This document shows, piece after piece, positions 1-11,898 of a stretch of 64,000 nucleotides of DNA (positions are counted from its first letter, which is position 1; the number at the start of each line of letters is the position of its first letter). This DNA is from Octopus sinensis (Eukaryota), in NCBI RefSeq assembly GCF_006345805.1, contig NC_042997.1:21204001-21268000 (forward strand), in the 5' to 3' direction. The notes under the pieces were generated by a model. It did no database searches, was not told where the DNA came from, and saw nothing but the letters and a program-made list of their open reading frames with translations. The position numbers were made by a program, and so were the translations under genes.

Positions 1-224
1 TTTTCAAAATGGTCAGCACACACTTGCATACAGTAATGAAGATATCTGCGTTTACGTTCACTTTTCTGAAAGCTTCATACCATTTCATTTCAGGAATCAA
101 TCATTATGGCAAATAACGAAACTACCGCTTATGAAATTATGTGTATGTGCATGTATGTTCTTTTATTTGGTTACTTTTACTTATATGTCATCCATGTTCT
201 TGAACAAAAGCACACCACTTTGGA

Positions 225-226
<2 letters not shown>

Positions 227-259
<33 letters not shown>

Positions 260-448
260 CGCGCGCGCGCGTGCGTGCGAGCGTGTGTGTGGTTGTGTGC
301 ATGTAAGCATGTATTTATAAATGTACGTCTGTATGTGTGCGCATGTCTGTGAGAAAGAGAAACAGAAAGAGACGGAGAGACAGCGAGACAGACAGACAGA
401 CAGACAGACAGAGACAGACAGAGACAGACAGAGAGAGAGAGAGAGAGA
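227..448. repeat. Compound microsatellite (TG)n/(CG)n followed by (AGAC)n/(AG)n
   Basis: Directly visible; explains the VC/SL-rich ORFs at 131-555. Confidence 0.95.
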
Positions 449-1083
449 CTATTGAATAAATTAGTAGACAGTGGTGCATACACATGAGAGAAATAATTAC
501 ACAAAATGAGGAAGTTATTTCGTACAATAAAATTTCCGAAAAATATTTTCAACAAACAATATTTTCATTTGTTTGAATAACAGTTGCAGCAGAAAATTCT
601 ATAGCTAAATAATATATAAAAGATAATTACTATTTTAATATCTGTGATGATGTTGCAATGGTTATTATAAAATTCACTTTAGAAGAGTAGTCAAGGCATT
701 TGAATACTATCTGAAATTACCCACTTATTCCAGGCAGAATTAGGATTACTTAATCACAAGATATATTATAATAGAATTCAATGGAGTCAGCAGTATATGT
801 AGACACCCAATGCAATTATATTGATGTGATACAACGGTTTACCTATAAAAATATAACGAAAATTCTAAACCAGCTGTTTTGCTTTCATACAGGATATTCA
901 CCCAGTCACGCTATACTAAAGATTACTGCAACTTTCATTTAATGTCAACTACATTATAATGGTTGAAAAACGTAAAAGCGTTTTTATTGATCTGAATTTA
1001 TGTCACAGGGCAACTGTTGATTCATTCCAATCAATTGATATCTTGTTATCGTAGCTTCGTCAGAGTATTTGTTAATACCCTAA

Positions 1084-1090
1084 TGTGTGT

Positions 1091-1146
<56 letters not shown>

Positions 1147-1161
1147 TTGTGTGTGTGTGTC
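1084..1161. repeat. (TG)n microsatellite
   Basis: Directly visible. Confidence 0.95.
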
Positions 1162-1963
1162 TCTTGAAAAACTGAACTATTTATGTCTGGCTTATATAAT
1201 ATGTGATCTTTTTTAATCGGTAGAATGTATTTCAGTTATAGTACAGTATACAAAAAATGCCTACGTTTGTGAATATTTCTCAATGAAGGAGTGAGTATGA
1301 AGGTGTATATGTGTCTACATGTGAGCATGTGTAATTACGAAAGTCAAATGAAGGAGTTCGTTTATATAGTTTTCAATATTTTATTAATTTTATTGGATAT
1401 CATGTGGAATTCATCATAGGTTGTAATAATATCGAAATATAACTGAACGTGCTCATATGGTTTAAATAATCAAGTAAGCATTCAGTATTTTATAAGCACA
1501 CACAGACTCAATCACAATCACAATCACACACACACAAACATATGCATGTACTGTAAGATTATAGTCGATTGCTACAAGAGTATTATAGTTTTGCTCCTAC
1601 AAGTTCGTCTCAGAAATAATAAAAATATACCGTTAAAAGCATTAGCTGTGCTACGGGCCTACACTAAGTTAGGACTTGTTTATAGCGTGGAACTTGAAAA
1701 TCAATTTCAGTACCAATCTAAAAACCGCTACATTTTCTAGGTATTTCACTACAAATAATCAGGCAATAACGAAGATATGACGTGGATAAAAACTACAACT
1801 ACCTCCAACTATCACAAAGTTAGTAAATATATCAACCAAGGAAGTAGCAAATCTAACCATTTGTTAGGTTATTTTGAACCATGATCTTATCACTAATTGC
1901 AATAATACAAAACTAAGATGCGGCTTGAAAAAAGTTTAGGAGATCCACGAATAGCATAATTGG

Positions 1964-2229
1964 TGTGGTGAGGGTCACGACACCCATCTGCATGAATAGA
2001 CTAACCAAACGACTATAAATAGTAGCGGTCTGAGTGAGATAGGACGAATAGGCGTTAATCGCAGGAAGTCGTAAGGTAGCTTGTCGGAAACTCTTTTATT
2101 GGTTCCGGTATAGTTCATGGAGAGTTTGTTGGATTGTTATGTTGTTGTTACCCTGCTTCGTTATATGTTTATTGTTACTACACAGTTATAGTGTAAACAA
2201 GTATCGTCATAAATAGTGGAGATACTACA
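1964..2229 (+). repeat. Putative 5' LTR of the gypsy element
   Basis: Begins TGT, ends TACTACA just before a TGGCGACG PBS, and has TATAAATA at ~2014. No second LTR is present, so the left edge is unconfirmed. Confidence 0.55.
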
Positions 2230-2234
2230 ATAAT

Positions 2235-2269
2235 TGGCGACGAATAGCTACGTTACAATATTGGCGACG
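2235..2269 (+). promoter_or_regulatory. Primer-binding site, present twice (TGGCGACG at 2235 and 2262)
   Basis: TACAATAATTGGCGACGA followed by TACAATATTGGCGACGC; a TGG start next to the LTR end is the usual PBS arrangement. Confidence 0.7.
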
Positions 2270-3732
2270 CGGGTTCGAAGCTCACGCAGGTCAGTTAACG
2301 ATCTTTTGTAATACAAAGTTGTTAACTATTATTACATAAATCAGCGCCGGTTGAACATGAAAAATATTGTAATTTCATACTACCCCCAAAAACTAGTGAA
2401 ATTTGTTTCCAGGAAACAGTCGAACTACTATCAAAAATATTCAGTGATAAGGGCTCTCTATTTAACACTCGTTGGTAGAGTTGGAATCTAGTTAGAAGAG
2501 AGGAAGAAGACTTTGTCACGTATGCCAGGACTGTAAACAGAATGAGCGAAATGTTTACAGTGATGGAACTCACTTTTGATATGTTTAAGTGCTTCAGTTT
2601 TGTACAAGGGCTTACGGCAAATAAAGATGCGGAGATACGTGCAAGAATTCTCACAAAACTTGAGTAAGCTGACCAAATTTTAACCCTGCAGAGGAGTGTC
2701 AAAGAATGGTAAACTTATGTCAGGACGTCAAGAAAATTGAAGAGAAAGAGTTATCGCAAGTACAAGCATGCCGACCGGGAAAGTATAAACAAACAAAAAT
2801 GTTAAGTCCAAACCCATGCTACGGATTTGGTGTCCTAAATTTCGGGAAGGATTGTCCTTTCAAAGTACAAAAATGCTACAGTTACAAAAAAATAGGACAC
2901 AAGAGCTAACTTTGCAGAGCAAAGTTAATAAGGTCGAACATCAAACATTCTAAAGTTTTCTCAATGGTAAATAGAAGCTACACCAAACAGGAAATTTATA
3001 CATATAAAAGTAAACGAAGTGAATATTAAATAACAACTAGATACTGGTAGCAACATCTTGATTATTGATAACGACACCTGGAAAAGAATTGAGAACCTAC
3101 GTAAAGAAAAAACATCAAAAATTGAACGAGGCGTGACAGGTGAAAAACTACACTTCGTATGCAAAATGTGGTGTCATATAACATTTCGTGGTAAACCTGT
3201 AAGACAAAAGTTTTCTTGGTAAAAAAACGCAACTAATCTATTCAATACGGACTGGTTAGAGTCGTTTGACTTATGGGACCGCCACATAAGTCTGTTCTGT
3301 AAAAAAGTAAATAGCTGTCCCACCAGTGAAAATAACTCAGCAGCTGAATGGAAGAAAATAATTAAAGAACTTGTTAACTGATAAATTAGGTCTCTGTTCT
3401 AAGACTGAAGCCTGTTTTCAAATGAAGGAAAACATCGTACTTGAATTCAAACCTAACAGAAAGGTCCCATTTGCTGCGATAAAGCAGATAGAGGAAGAAT
3501 TAGACAGACTGGAGAAGATGGGAATTATTCAAAAAGTAGATTATTCTAAGTGGGCAGCACCAACTGTTTGTAATTAAAAATCAGAGTCTGTGCTGATTTT
3601 TTTACTGGTTTGAATGTCTAAAAATATGCTAATATCCACTGCCAACTCCAGAGAATATTTTTGCAAAATTAAATGGTGGCAAAATATTTTCGAAACTGGA
3701 TCTGTCTGATGCGTATCTACAAATTAAAGTAT

Positions 3733-4064
3733 GAGTGATTTTGGACAACGAGCCCGAAGATGGTGCCAACATTTTAGATGATGGTTCGTGTTAGACACAG
3801 CGCCGACTGCTGCAAAAGCAAAAAAAAAGTATATCCACTGACAGCTTTTCGGTGCGTTTAAAAATCACGTAACCCCCAACGGCTAGGGCCTGAACTACTC
3901 CAAACGGACGCATAGCATGTTGCTTAGTCGAATTAGTCCATAATTTATTGCACAAATGTTTTGTTGTCAATGCTGTCCGTTACCATATCACCTGTTTCAA
4001 CATAACTGTAATATATACAAATTATGCCATTTTAAACCCGAGCAACGCTGGGTATCTCTGCTAG
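3733..4064 (+). mobile_element. Helitron 3' terminal fragment
   Basis: Ends ACCCGAGCAACGCTGGGTATCTCTGCTAG|T, a GC-rich hairpin a few nt upstream of CTAG followed by T (typical Helitron 3' end). The left boundary is placed where gypsy homology stops. Confidence 0.65.
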
Positions 4065-4294
4065 TATACATACATACATATATGTGTGTGTGTTTGTGTG
4101 TGTATATTTATATGTATATATATGTGTATATATATATGTATATATATGTGTATATATATGTATATATGTGTATATATATGTATATATATATATATATGTA
4201 TAGTCAATTTAGGGTAGCAAAAAAATTCAATAGAAATTTATCGCTACCAGCGGCCTGGTGGAAAAGAGAAAATAGTCATCGACTAAATATATAA

Positions 4295-4440
4295 ATATAA
4301 CAATTTAGGAGTGACCTTAACAGGTCACTCGTCCACCAGAAAGAGCAGCCATAACTCACACCGCCAAGTAGTAGTAATTCAGAAATTAGGTGAAAATTTA
4401 AAAACATTTACCTGTTAAGGTCACTCCTAAATTGTTATAT
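4295..4440. repeat. 31-bp perfect inverted repeat between TA microsatellites (probable PLE pLTR-type relic)
   Basis: ATATAACAATTTAGGAGTGACCTTAACAGGT (4295-4325) is the reverse complement of 4410-4440. Confidence 0.85.
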
Positions 4441-4529
4441 ATATGTATATATATATATATGTATATATGTATATATATGTGTATATATGTATATATATGT
4501 ATATATATATGTATATATATGTATATATA

Positions 4530-4578
<49 letters not shown>

Positions 4579-4647
4579 GTATATATATATATGTATGTGT
4601 ATATATATGTGTGTATATATATGTGTATATATATATATGTGTGTGTG

Positions 4648-4681
<34 letters not shown>

Positions 4682-4725
4682 TGTATGTGTGTATATATAT
4701 ATATATATGTATATATATGTATATA

Positions 4726-4774
<49 letters not shown>

Positions 4775-4845
4775 GTGTGTGTGTATATATATATATATGT
4801 GTATATATGTATATATATATATGTGTGTATATGAATATATATAAA
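4441..4845. repeat. Complex (TA)n/(TATG)n microsatellite tract
   Basis: Directly visible; source of the YI-rich ORFs. Confidence 0.95.
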
Positions 4846-4940
4846 AAACTAAAAGAAAAACAAAAGATGAAACAGCCAAGGATAGAAGCAAACCTGACTA
4901 TCCATGTACCAAAACGAATAGAAACAGACAGCGCACACGA

Positions 4941-5333
4941 ATGTGTAAATTTCACCTGAAAGGTGTCTGCTGGCATGGAGAGGAAGGTGCAGGCTGCCGT
5001 TTTGCACATCAAAGACCCTGCCACATAAACACGAAACAGGTCAGAAACCAATTACCAAAAGGAAAAGGAATGGACCACGCACCACCTGCCCCAAAACGGA
5101 GGTACGCAGATGTGGTGCGTGCCACAAATCGCCAACATGTTATTGAAAGGGCAGCTGCTGAACAAGAATCTTTTTTGTGCATGGCACAAAAGATTGTACA
5201 GCAGCTAACCTGGCTCCATCAAACTCAAACTCGCAGATGGGACTATCCACAATACACAAGACCGCCACAGCAAATAGACCCAAGGTGGACACCGCTGGCA
5301 ACAGTATACACCTCACCTCGATGCTTCTACTGA
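4941..5333 (+). pseudogene. LINE ORF1 C-terminal part with a CCCH-type zinc finger
   Basis: [22 protein letters not shown] motif directly upstream of and overlapping the ORF2 start. Confidence 0.6.
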
Positions 5334-8154
5334 ACATCAGAAGACTGCTAACACTCAGTAATAGGACAAAAATCCCGTTCTTGAGAGACTTTGTTGCATG
5401 CAATCAAGCCTTATGCATAGCACTTACGGAAACACACCTGAAACCGGATATAGCAGATGCGGAAATACACATACCACAGTATGTTGTACTACGACCCGAC
5501 AGAAAAGAAGGGAGCCATGGAGGAGTTGCTATGTACATCCGTGAGGACCTCACACCCCAGGTCCTTTTGTCATACTCAAACTCGGTGTGTGACACACTAA
5601 TTGTACATATAAGGCAACTTGGCGTAGCTATATGTGCTACATATCGCCCTCCAGATGCCCCAAGCCATGTAGGCAAGTTTGAAGACTGCCTTATAAAAAT
5701 AGAAGTTCTAGTCACAGAACAACACATAAGTGTACTTCTTATGGGAGACCTCAATCTACCCAATGTCAGATGGCCCGAGGGCCTTTCTCTCCCAGGAATG
5801 ACACGATGTGAACGAGGACAGGCGAGGTCCCTCCTGAATCTCATCAACACTCTGTACATGGAACAAGTAATACTCCAACCAACCAGGGCAGGTAACATAC
5901 TGGATCTCTGCTTCACAAATAATATGGATCTCATCCATAATGTGAAAGTGACGCCGACACTACTCTCGGATCACAACATGGTAGAGCTGACCATGTACAG
6001 GCCAAAGGGAAGCATTGACATGTAGCCTACAAGAAACTCTCAGAATCTTTCCAGCTTGAACTTCCATAAGGCAAACTGGAAACAAATTGAGAAAGATATC
6101 CTCAAACAAAACTGGCCTGAATGTCTATCCTCGCCAGACATCGACATGAAACTTCAACAATTCATGTCTGTAATGCACGCCATATGCTACAAATTTGTCC
6201 CAGAGAGAAAGGCCACTGTACACAAGAGCAAAATCCCCAGAGAGAGGAAACTTCTTATGAGACTGCGTACGAAAGTTTCAAATCGCCTAAACAAACAAAT
6301 TGAAAGCAGTGAAAAGTCCCGCCTGAAAATAAAACTGTTGGAAATTGGAAAATGTCTGCAACTCTCCCATGAAAAAGAAAGAGCAAACAAAGAAGCCTGG
6401 GCTATAGACAACATAAAATCTAACCCCAGAGCTTTCTACAGGTATGCCAAAGAAACAGCTACGGTGCACTGTAGGATAGGGCCACTCCTTGAAGAGGATG
6501 GCACACTCACAGGAAATCCAATGAGGGTAAGTGAAATACTAAATGAGCAATTCAAGAGTATTTTCACTCCAACCCTAGGGCATTTTCAAGTCAGCAATCC
6601 AACTGACTTCTTTACCACTGCAGATATAAAATCAGAGGCAGCTATGATTGATTACATCAATATAAAGGAAGACGATGTAATAAAGGCTATTGATGAAATG
6701 AAAACAAACTCAGCTACTGGCCCTGATGGATTCCCAGCAATCCTTCTAAAAGTATGTAAGAGAGTCCTAGCAAGACCACTGCAGTTCCTCTTTCAGAGCT
6801 TCCTTGCAGCTGGCAAACTTCCAAGAAAACTGAAGGAAGGTAAAATATGCCCTATTCATAAAGAAGGTAGCAGAGCGGAGGCCAAGAACTACAGCTCTAT
6901 CTTTCTGACCTCACATATCAGCAAGGTCATGGAACGAATAGTCAGAAGGAAACTAATCACCTTCCTTGAAGAAAATGACTTGCTGCCTGACACCCAACAT
7001 GGTTTCCGGCCAGGAAGAAGCTGCTTAACTCAGCTCCTACAACACTATGACTAGGTGCTGAAACGACTGCTCAACCACTCAAATGTGGAAGTCATATATC
7101 TCGACTTTGCAAAGGCCTTTGATAAAGTCGATCATGGAATGATATGTCACAAACTGCGTGATCTTGGCATAGTTGGAAAATTGGGAGAATTGCTTCATGA
7201 CTTTCTGAAGGATAGAAGTCAGGTGGTAGTAGCCAATGGGGCCACTTCCATTAACACGCAAATAGTGAGCGGTGTTCCGCAAGGCACTGTTATGGGACCA
7301 CTACTATTCATAATGGCCCTCTCAGACATGCCCTCAGCCATATATACAAGTAGGCTGAAAGGAATAGCATGCAGTTCAATGCTGAAAAGTTTCAAGCTTT
7401 ATACTATCAGCATGCAAAACTGAATGCAATACCCAATAAATACACTGGACCTGGAGGGACTGCAATCCCAGAGGCACAATCAGTGCGAGACCTGGGTATT
7501 TACATGAGTGATGATGCAACCTTTCATGTGCATGTTGCTAAATGGGCAATGAAATGTAGGCGGCTGACCGGATGGATTCTTAGAACCTTTAGAACAAGAG
7601 ACCAGGAAACCATGCTGGTCCTCTGGAGGACACTTGTCCTAAGCCACTTTGACTATAGCTCTCAGCTATGGTCACCAACCAGTGTCAAGTTAATCACAGA
7701 ACTTGAGGCGATCCAACAAAGCTACACGAAGAAGATAGCCTCTGTGCAGCATATAAGCTATTGGGAAAGATTCAAGAGATTGAGACTCTATTCCTTAGAG
7801 CGTAGGCGAGAAAGATATGCTATAATATACATCTAGAAGATCCTGGAAGGACTTGTCCCAAACTTTGGCATCGAGAGTTACACAAATGCCAGGACTGGGC
7901 GCCACTGCATAGTGCCAAGAACTCCAAATTTGCCATCAAGATGTAGGACAAGATACTGTGATAGCCTGGGCTTCCGAGGCCCACAGCTCTTTAATATCCT
8001 CTCGAAGAACGTAAGACACCTGCATGGGGTGGATGCAGATCTCTTCTTGTCAGGTGTCCCAGATGAACCAACTTCACGGCAGGAGGTGCAGATGAGGGCA
8101 GCTGCATCGAAGTCTCTCATGCACCAGATGGCATTTGCTAAAAAGCATTCGTGA
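5320..8154 (+). pseudogene. LINE ORF2 pseudogene (APE endonuclease + reverse transcriptase)
   Basis: APE motifs LTETHL, GGVAMY, YRPP, MGDLN, PTRAGNILDL, SDHN; RT motifs TGPDG, QHGFRPGRSC, YLDFAKAFDKVDH, SGVPQGT.GPLLF. In-frame TAG stops at 6023, 7052, 7351 and 7834; the YADD segment is deleted at ~7340. Confidence 0.92.
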
Positions 8155-8241
8155 AATAAAATCATGTAGCAACACCAAATGGCGGTGCCCCAGCATGGCC
8201 ACAGCTTGTGAGCTGAAACTAAATAAAATAAAATAATAAAA

Positions 8242-8863
8242 ATATATATATGTGCATATATATATATGTATATATATAAATGTATATATATGTGTATATA
8301 TATGTATATATATATGTGTGTATATATATATGTATATATATATATGTATATATATATATGTATATATATATGTGTGTGTATATATATTTGTATATATGTA
8401 TATATATATATCTGTGTGTGTATATATTTGTATATATGTATATATATATGTGCGTATATATATATGTGTATATATATATATATATGTGTGTATATATATA
8501 TATGTGTGTATATATATATGTATGTATATGTGTGTATGTATATATATATGTATATATGCATGTATATATATATATGTATATATGTATGTATATATATGTA
8601 TTATATATATTTATATGTATGTATATATATATATATGTATATATATATATGTATATATATATGTATATATATATATGTATATATATATATGTATACATAT
8701 ATGTATATATATATGTATGTATATATATATGTATATATATATGTATGTATATATATATGTATATATATGTATATATATATATGTATATATATAAGTATGT
8801 ATATATATGTATATATATGTATATATATATGTATGTATGTATATATGTATGTATATATGTATG

Positions 8864-8901
<38 letters not shown>

Positions 8902-9065
8902 CGTACGTATATATACATGTATGTATATATATATGTATGTATATACATATGTGTATATATATGTATGTATATTTACATGTATGTATATATATTTATATGC
9001 ACATATATTTATATTTATATGTATAGATATATATGTATACATATGTATGTATGTATATATATATG

Positions 9066-9164
<99 letters not shown>

Positions 9165-9168
9165 TATA
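8242..9168. repeat. ~930-bp complex (TA)n/(TATG)n microsatellite tract
   Basis: Directly visible. Confidence 0.95.
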
Positions 9169-9178
9169 TGATCCATGC

Positions 9179-10117
9179 AGGATCTGTTCAGTTTAGATCA
9201 CAGGTTTTTTCATTTTTTTTTACTAAACAGTATGAAACTTCGTATCCTGATGTAATTTCTCAAACTGAACACGGTTTCCCTTCAACATTTTTGACATTTC
9301 GTATCTTAAAGTTATTTCTTGTTGAAGTTCTTGTAGTTGGGGAATTTTAACCAATCAACGACGTATATTCAGCTGAATGAATTTACTGCTGTTTGTGTTA
9401 GTAATAGAAGGGGAGGAACTTCCGCGTCATCTTTTCTAAATGTCACCACTGTTCTATTTTATGTTTGCTTACTACCTGGGTTGCATATCACACGCTTTTT
9501 TTTTTAGTTTTCGCGTCACTGTAACCAGTAAACATTGAAGAATGGCCACCAAGGAGGAAGAAATATTATTTACATATATTTATTCGTTTGCCTGACTTGG
9601 ACTTAGAGACACAGCAGTTATTGTACTGGCAGTGACAAGTTCGCTCGTTGGTTTGTAGCTGATTGTCTAGAAGTGGTTGTAGAAAGGGAAAGAGTAAGGA
9701 ATGCATGGTGCTGACTAGAAAGAAAGAACGAAAGAAAGGATAAATGTAACATCGTCTTTCTTGCTGCCGAAAGCTTCTCTTTTGTGTTAGCTATGGACAA
9801 GGAGTAACGCCTTCGCCTTTCCCTTGACATACGAATAGAATGGTGACATTTAGTAGAGCTGACCCGGAAGTTGTTCCTCTTCGATTATTATTGCAAACAG
9901 CAGTAGTTTTCTTCAACTAAATACACGTCGTTGATTGGTTAAAATTACCTAACTACGACAACTTTAATACGAAATAACTTCTAAAATACGAAATTTTGAC
10001 AAAAATGTTAAAAGTAAACCGTGTTCGGTATAAGAAATTATACCAGTGTACGAACTTTCAAACTGCTTATTTAAAAAAAACAATTTAAAAATCTGTGAGT
10101 GAAACTGAACAGATCCT
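9179..10117. mobile_element. Non-autonomous DNA transposon (MITE) with ~280-bp imperfect TIRs
   Basis: Termini AGGATCTGTTCAGTTT / AAACTGAACAGATCCT; inverted homology continues through TTTTAACCAATCAACGACGT and CTAAATGTCACCA. No coding capacity; superfamily not determined. Confidence 0.85.
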
Positions 10118-10159
10118 ATATGTACGTAGATAGATAGATAGAACTTACTAGGAAATTGC

Positions 10160-10340
10160 TACTCTGGTCTCAGAAACATTTTGGTTGTTGACCAGTGTTA
10201 TTAATAATCCGAGTAGAGAAGCTACAGTTTTCGAAATAGTTTACCATAAATACTCTTTTCCTTGCTGAATTTGAAAGTCTTCATATCTGCAGGACAGCTG
10301 ACATATATGACTAGACAAAACGAACCAGAACAAATAATGC
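10160..10340 (-). mobile_element. Old RLE-type non-LTR retrotransposon remnant (endonuclease C-terminus)
   Basis: Minus strand reads CLVIYVSCPADMK...EKSIYGKLFRKL*LLYSDY, matching SCPADVNI..EK..YAELLR.LQLLYSDY in the copies at 51.6-52.7 kb. Confidence 0.6.
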
Positions 10341-11689
10341 AATGCAACCAGTGTGACGTTCTCACTGTTCCACTGCTACTGAAGTTTGTTGGCAGTGATA
10401 ATCTAGATGTGTATAACTCCCACAATCGTGAACAAAAATTCGTTTTAGATTTAGTACTTTACGATATTGTTATGTACTGAACTTGCCCTAGATGTTAAAT
10501 AACCAAAGTTATTAAAATGCAGATTTTTAAAAATATAATTTAAATATGCATCCGTATATGACAACATTTTCTTAAGTTTTCCGATCACATGCATTTGAAT
10601 GGATTAAATTAAAATGGCCTCTATTGAAAACTACTTTTTACATCAGTTTATATAACTTTGATTTGACGAATAAGAATACGCAATTGATACTAATATCGTT
10701 CTTTATAGATGAAAGTTAGACTGCATAGATTTTACTGATGAATAGCTAATTTTCAAGGAAGAACGGAATTTGAATAAAAATATATGACTATATTATAGGT
10801 TCTCTTTACAATTTCACTTACTGAAAGCTAGATATTTACATAGAACAAGCACAATTTTCACAGCTTTTCTTATAATCTGAGCAAACGTCTTGTTCTCTTT
10901 AGTTCTTGTATTGTTATTCTATTGGATATTAGTTAAATGTAAATTCTAAAAGTATGTTAGCTAAATAACTCAAGACGGAATTCGATATACTAAGGTTTAG
11001 TAGATAACATCCAACAATAATTATAAATCTAAAGCTGGACTGGTTAACTATTTTAAATGTATATGCCGTAGAAGACGACCAGATGAGATTAAAACACAAT
11101 CAAATTAGCATTTTCGTTTGAAGCTATTCCAATCTGGTTCCCCTGCTAATATCCTTGCGAAATTCAAAATGGCCATACACACTATTTTCTATCAACATAA
11201 ACATAGAGCATTAGGATGAAAGAAAAGTAGTTAATATTGCAACAGTATTAAAAGCACAATGTTCTTCTGTAGTATGACTAGAAAATGAACTTAAAACAAC
11301 GACTGTGTTTAGCAATGTAAATTATATTAATTTATATACCAAACAGAAGTATTACGCATGATATATTTAAGGAAAGTAATATTTTGGCTATATGTCCTAA
11401 TTACGATAATACCTTTGTCACAATTGTAAGTTTTAAAAGTGGCGAGAAAAAGCAAGTAGTGTCAGAAAAATAGATTTTGAATCTTTTACGACACATATTC
11501 TATGACCATGTATTTTCATTTTCTTTTCATGATTTTGCTTGTATCTATGAAAGTTATTAATTATATTTTTCACGTTTTACTAGAATATGAATCCTTATGT
11601 AATATTGGTTCAAAAGTTTGGCACAAGCATTTTACCTGACGTGCTAACGATTCTGCCAGCTCGTATATATGTATATATGAGTGTGCGTG

Positions 11690-11898
11690 TTTGTGTGTCT
11701 GTGTTTATCCACCTAACATCGCTTGCCAACCGATGCTGATGTGCTTACGCCCCCGTAACTTAGCGGTTCGGCAAAAGACCGATAGAATAAGTACTAGGCT
11801 TACAAAGAATAAGTCCTGGGGTTAATTTGCTCGACTAAAGGCGGTGCCCTAGCATGGCCGCCGTCAAATGACTGGAACAAGTAAAAGAGTAAAAGAGT
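11690..11898 (+). mobile_element. SINE 3' half (CORE-type family with CR1-like tail)
   Basis: Ends GGCGGTGCCCTAGCATGGCC...TGACTGGAACAAGTAAAAGAG; similar to 16030-16205 and 34880-35017. Confidence 0.75.

Larger units (their letters stand above)
1964..3732 (+). mobile_element. 3'-truncated, decayed Ty3/gypsy LTR retrotransposon (Mag/K02A2.6-like): LTR, PBS, gag, protease, RT N-terminus
   Basis: + strand translation gives gag (KYCNFILP...SLFNTRW*...EDFVTYA...FKCFSFVQGL...DAEIRARILTKLE), degenerate zinc knuckles (PCYG..KDCPFK..C..YKKIGH, ORF 2706-2909), protease LDTGS (~3040), and RT motifs RKVPFA..EELDRLEKMGII.KVDYSKWAAP, IRVCADF, YPLPTPE.IFAKLNGGKIFSKLDLSDAYLQI. Stops and frameshifts are present; homology ends at ~3732. 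Confidence 0.9.
4846..8240 (+). mobile_element. CR1-group (APE+RT) non-LTR retrotransposon, decayed, inserted in a TA-rich microsatellite
   Basis: ORF1 remnant, APE endonuclease, RT, C-terminal domain, 3' UTR and (TAAAA)n tail at ~8220-8240. Confidence 0.9.

Noticed and set aside
4398-9171. Long YI/IY/VC-rich ORFs (up to 301 aa), and similar ORFs throughout the window
   Set aside because: Translations of (TA)n/(TG)n/(TATG)n microsatellites, which lack stop codons.
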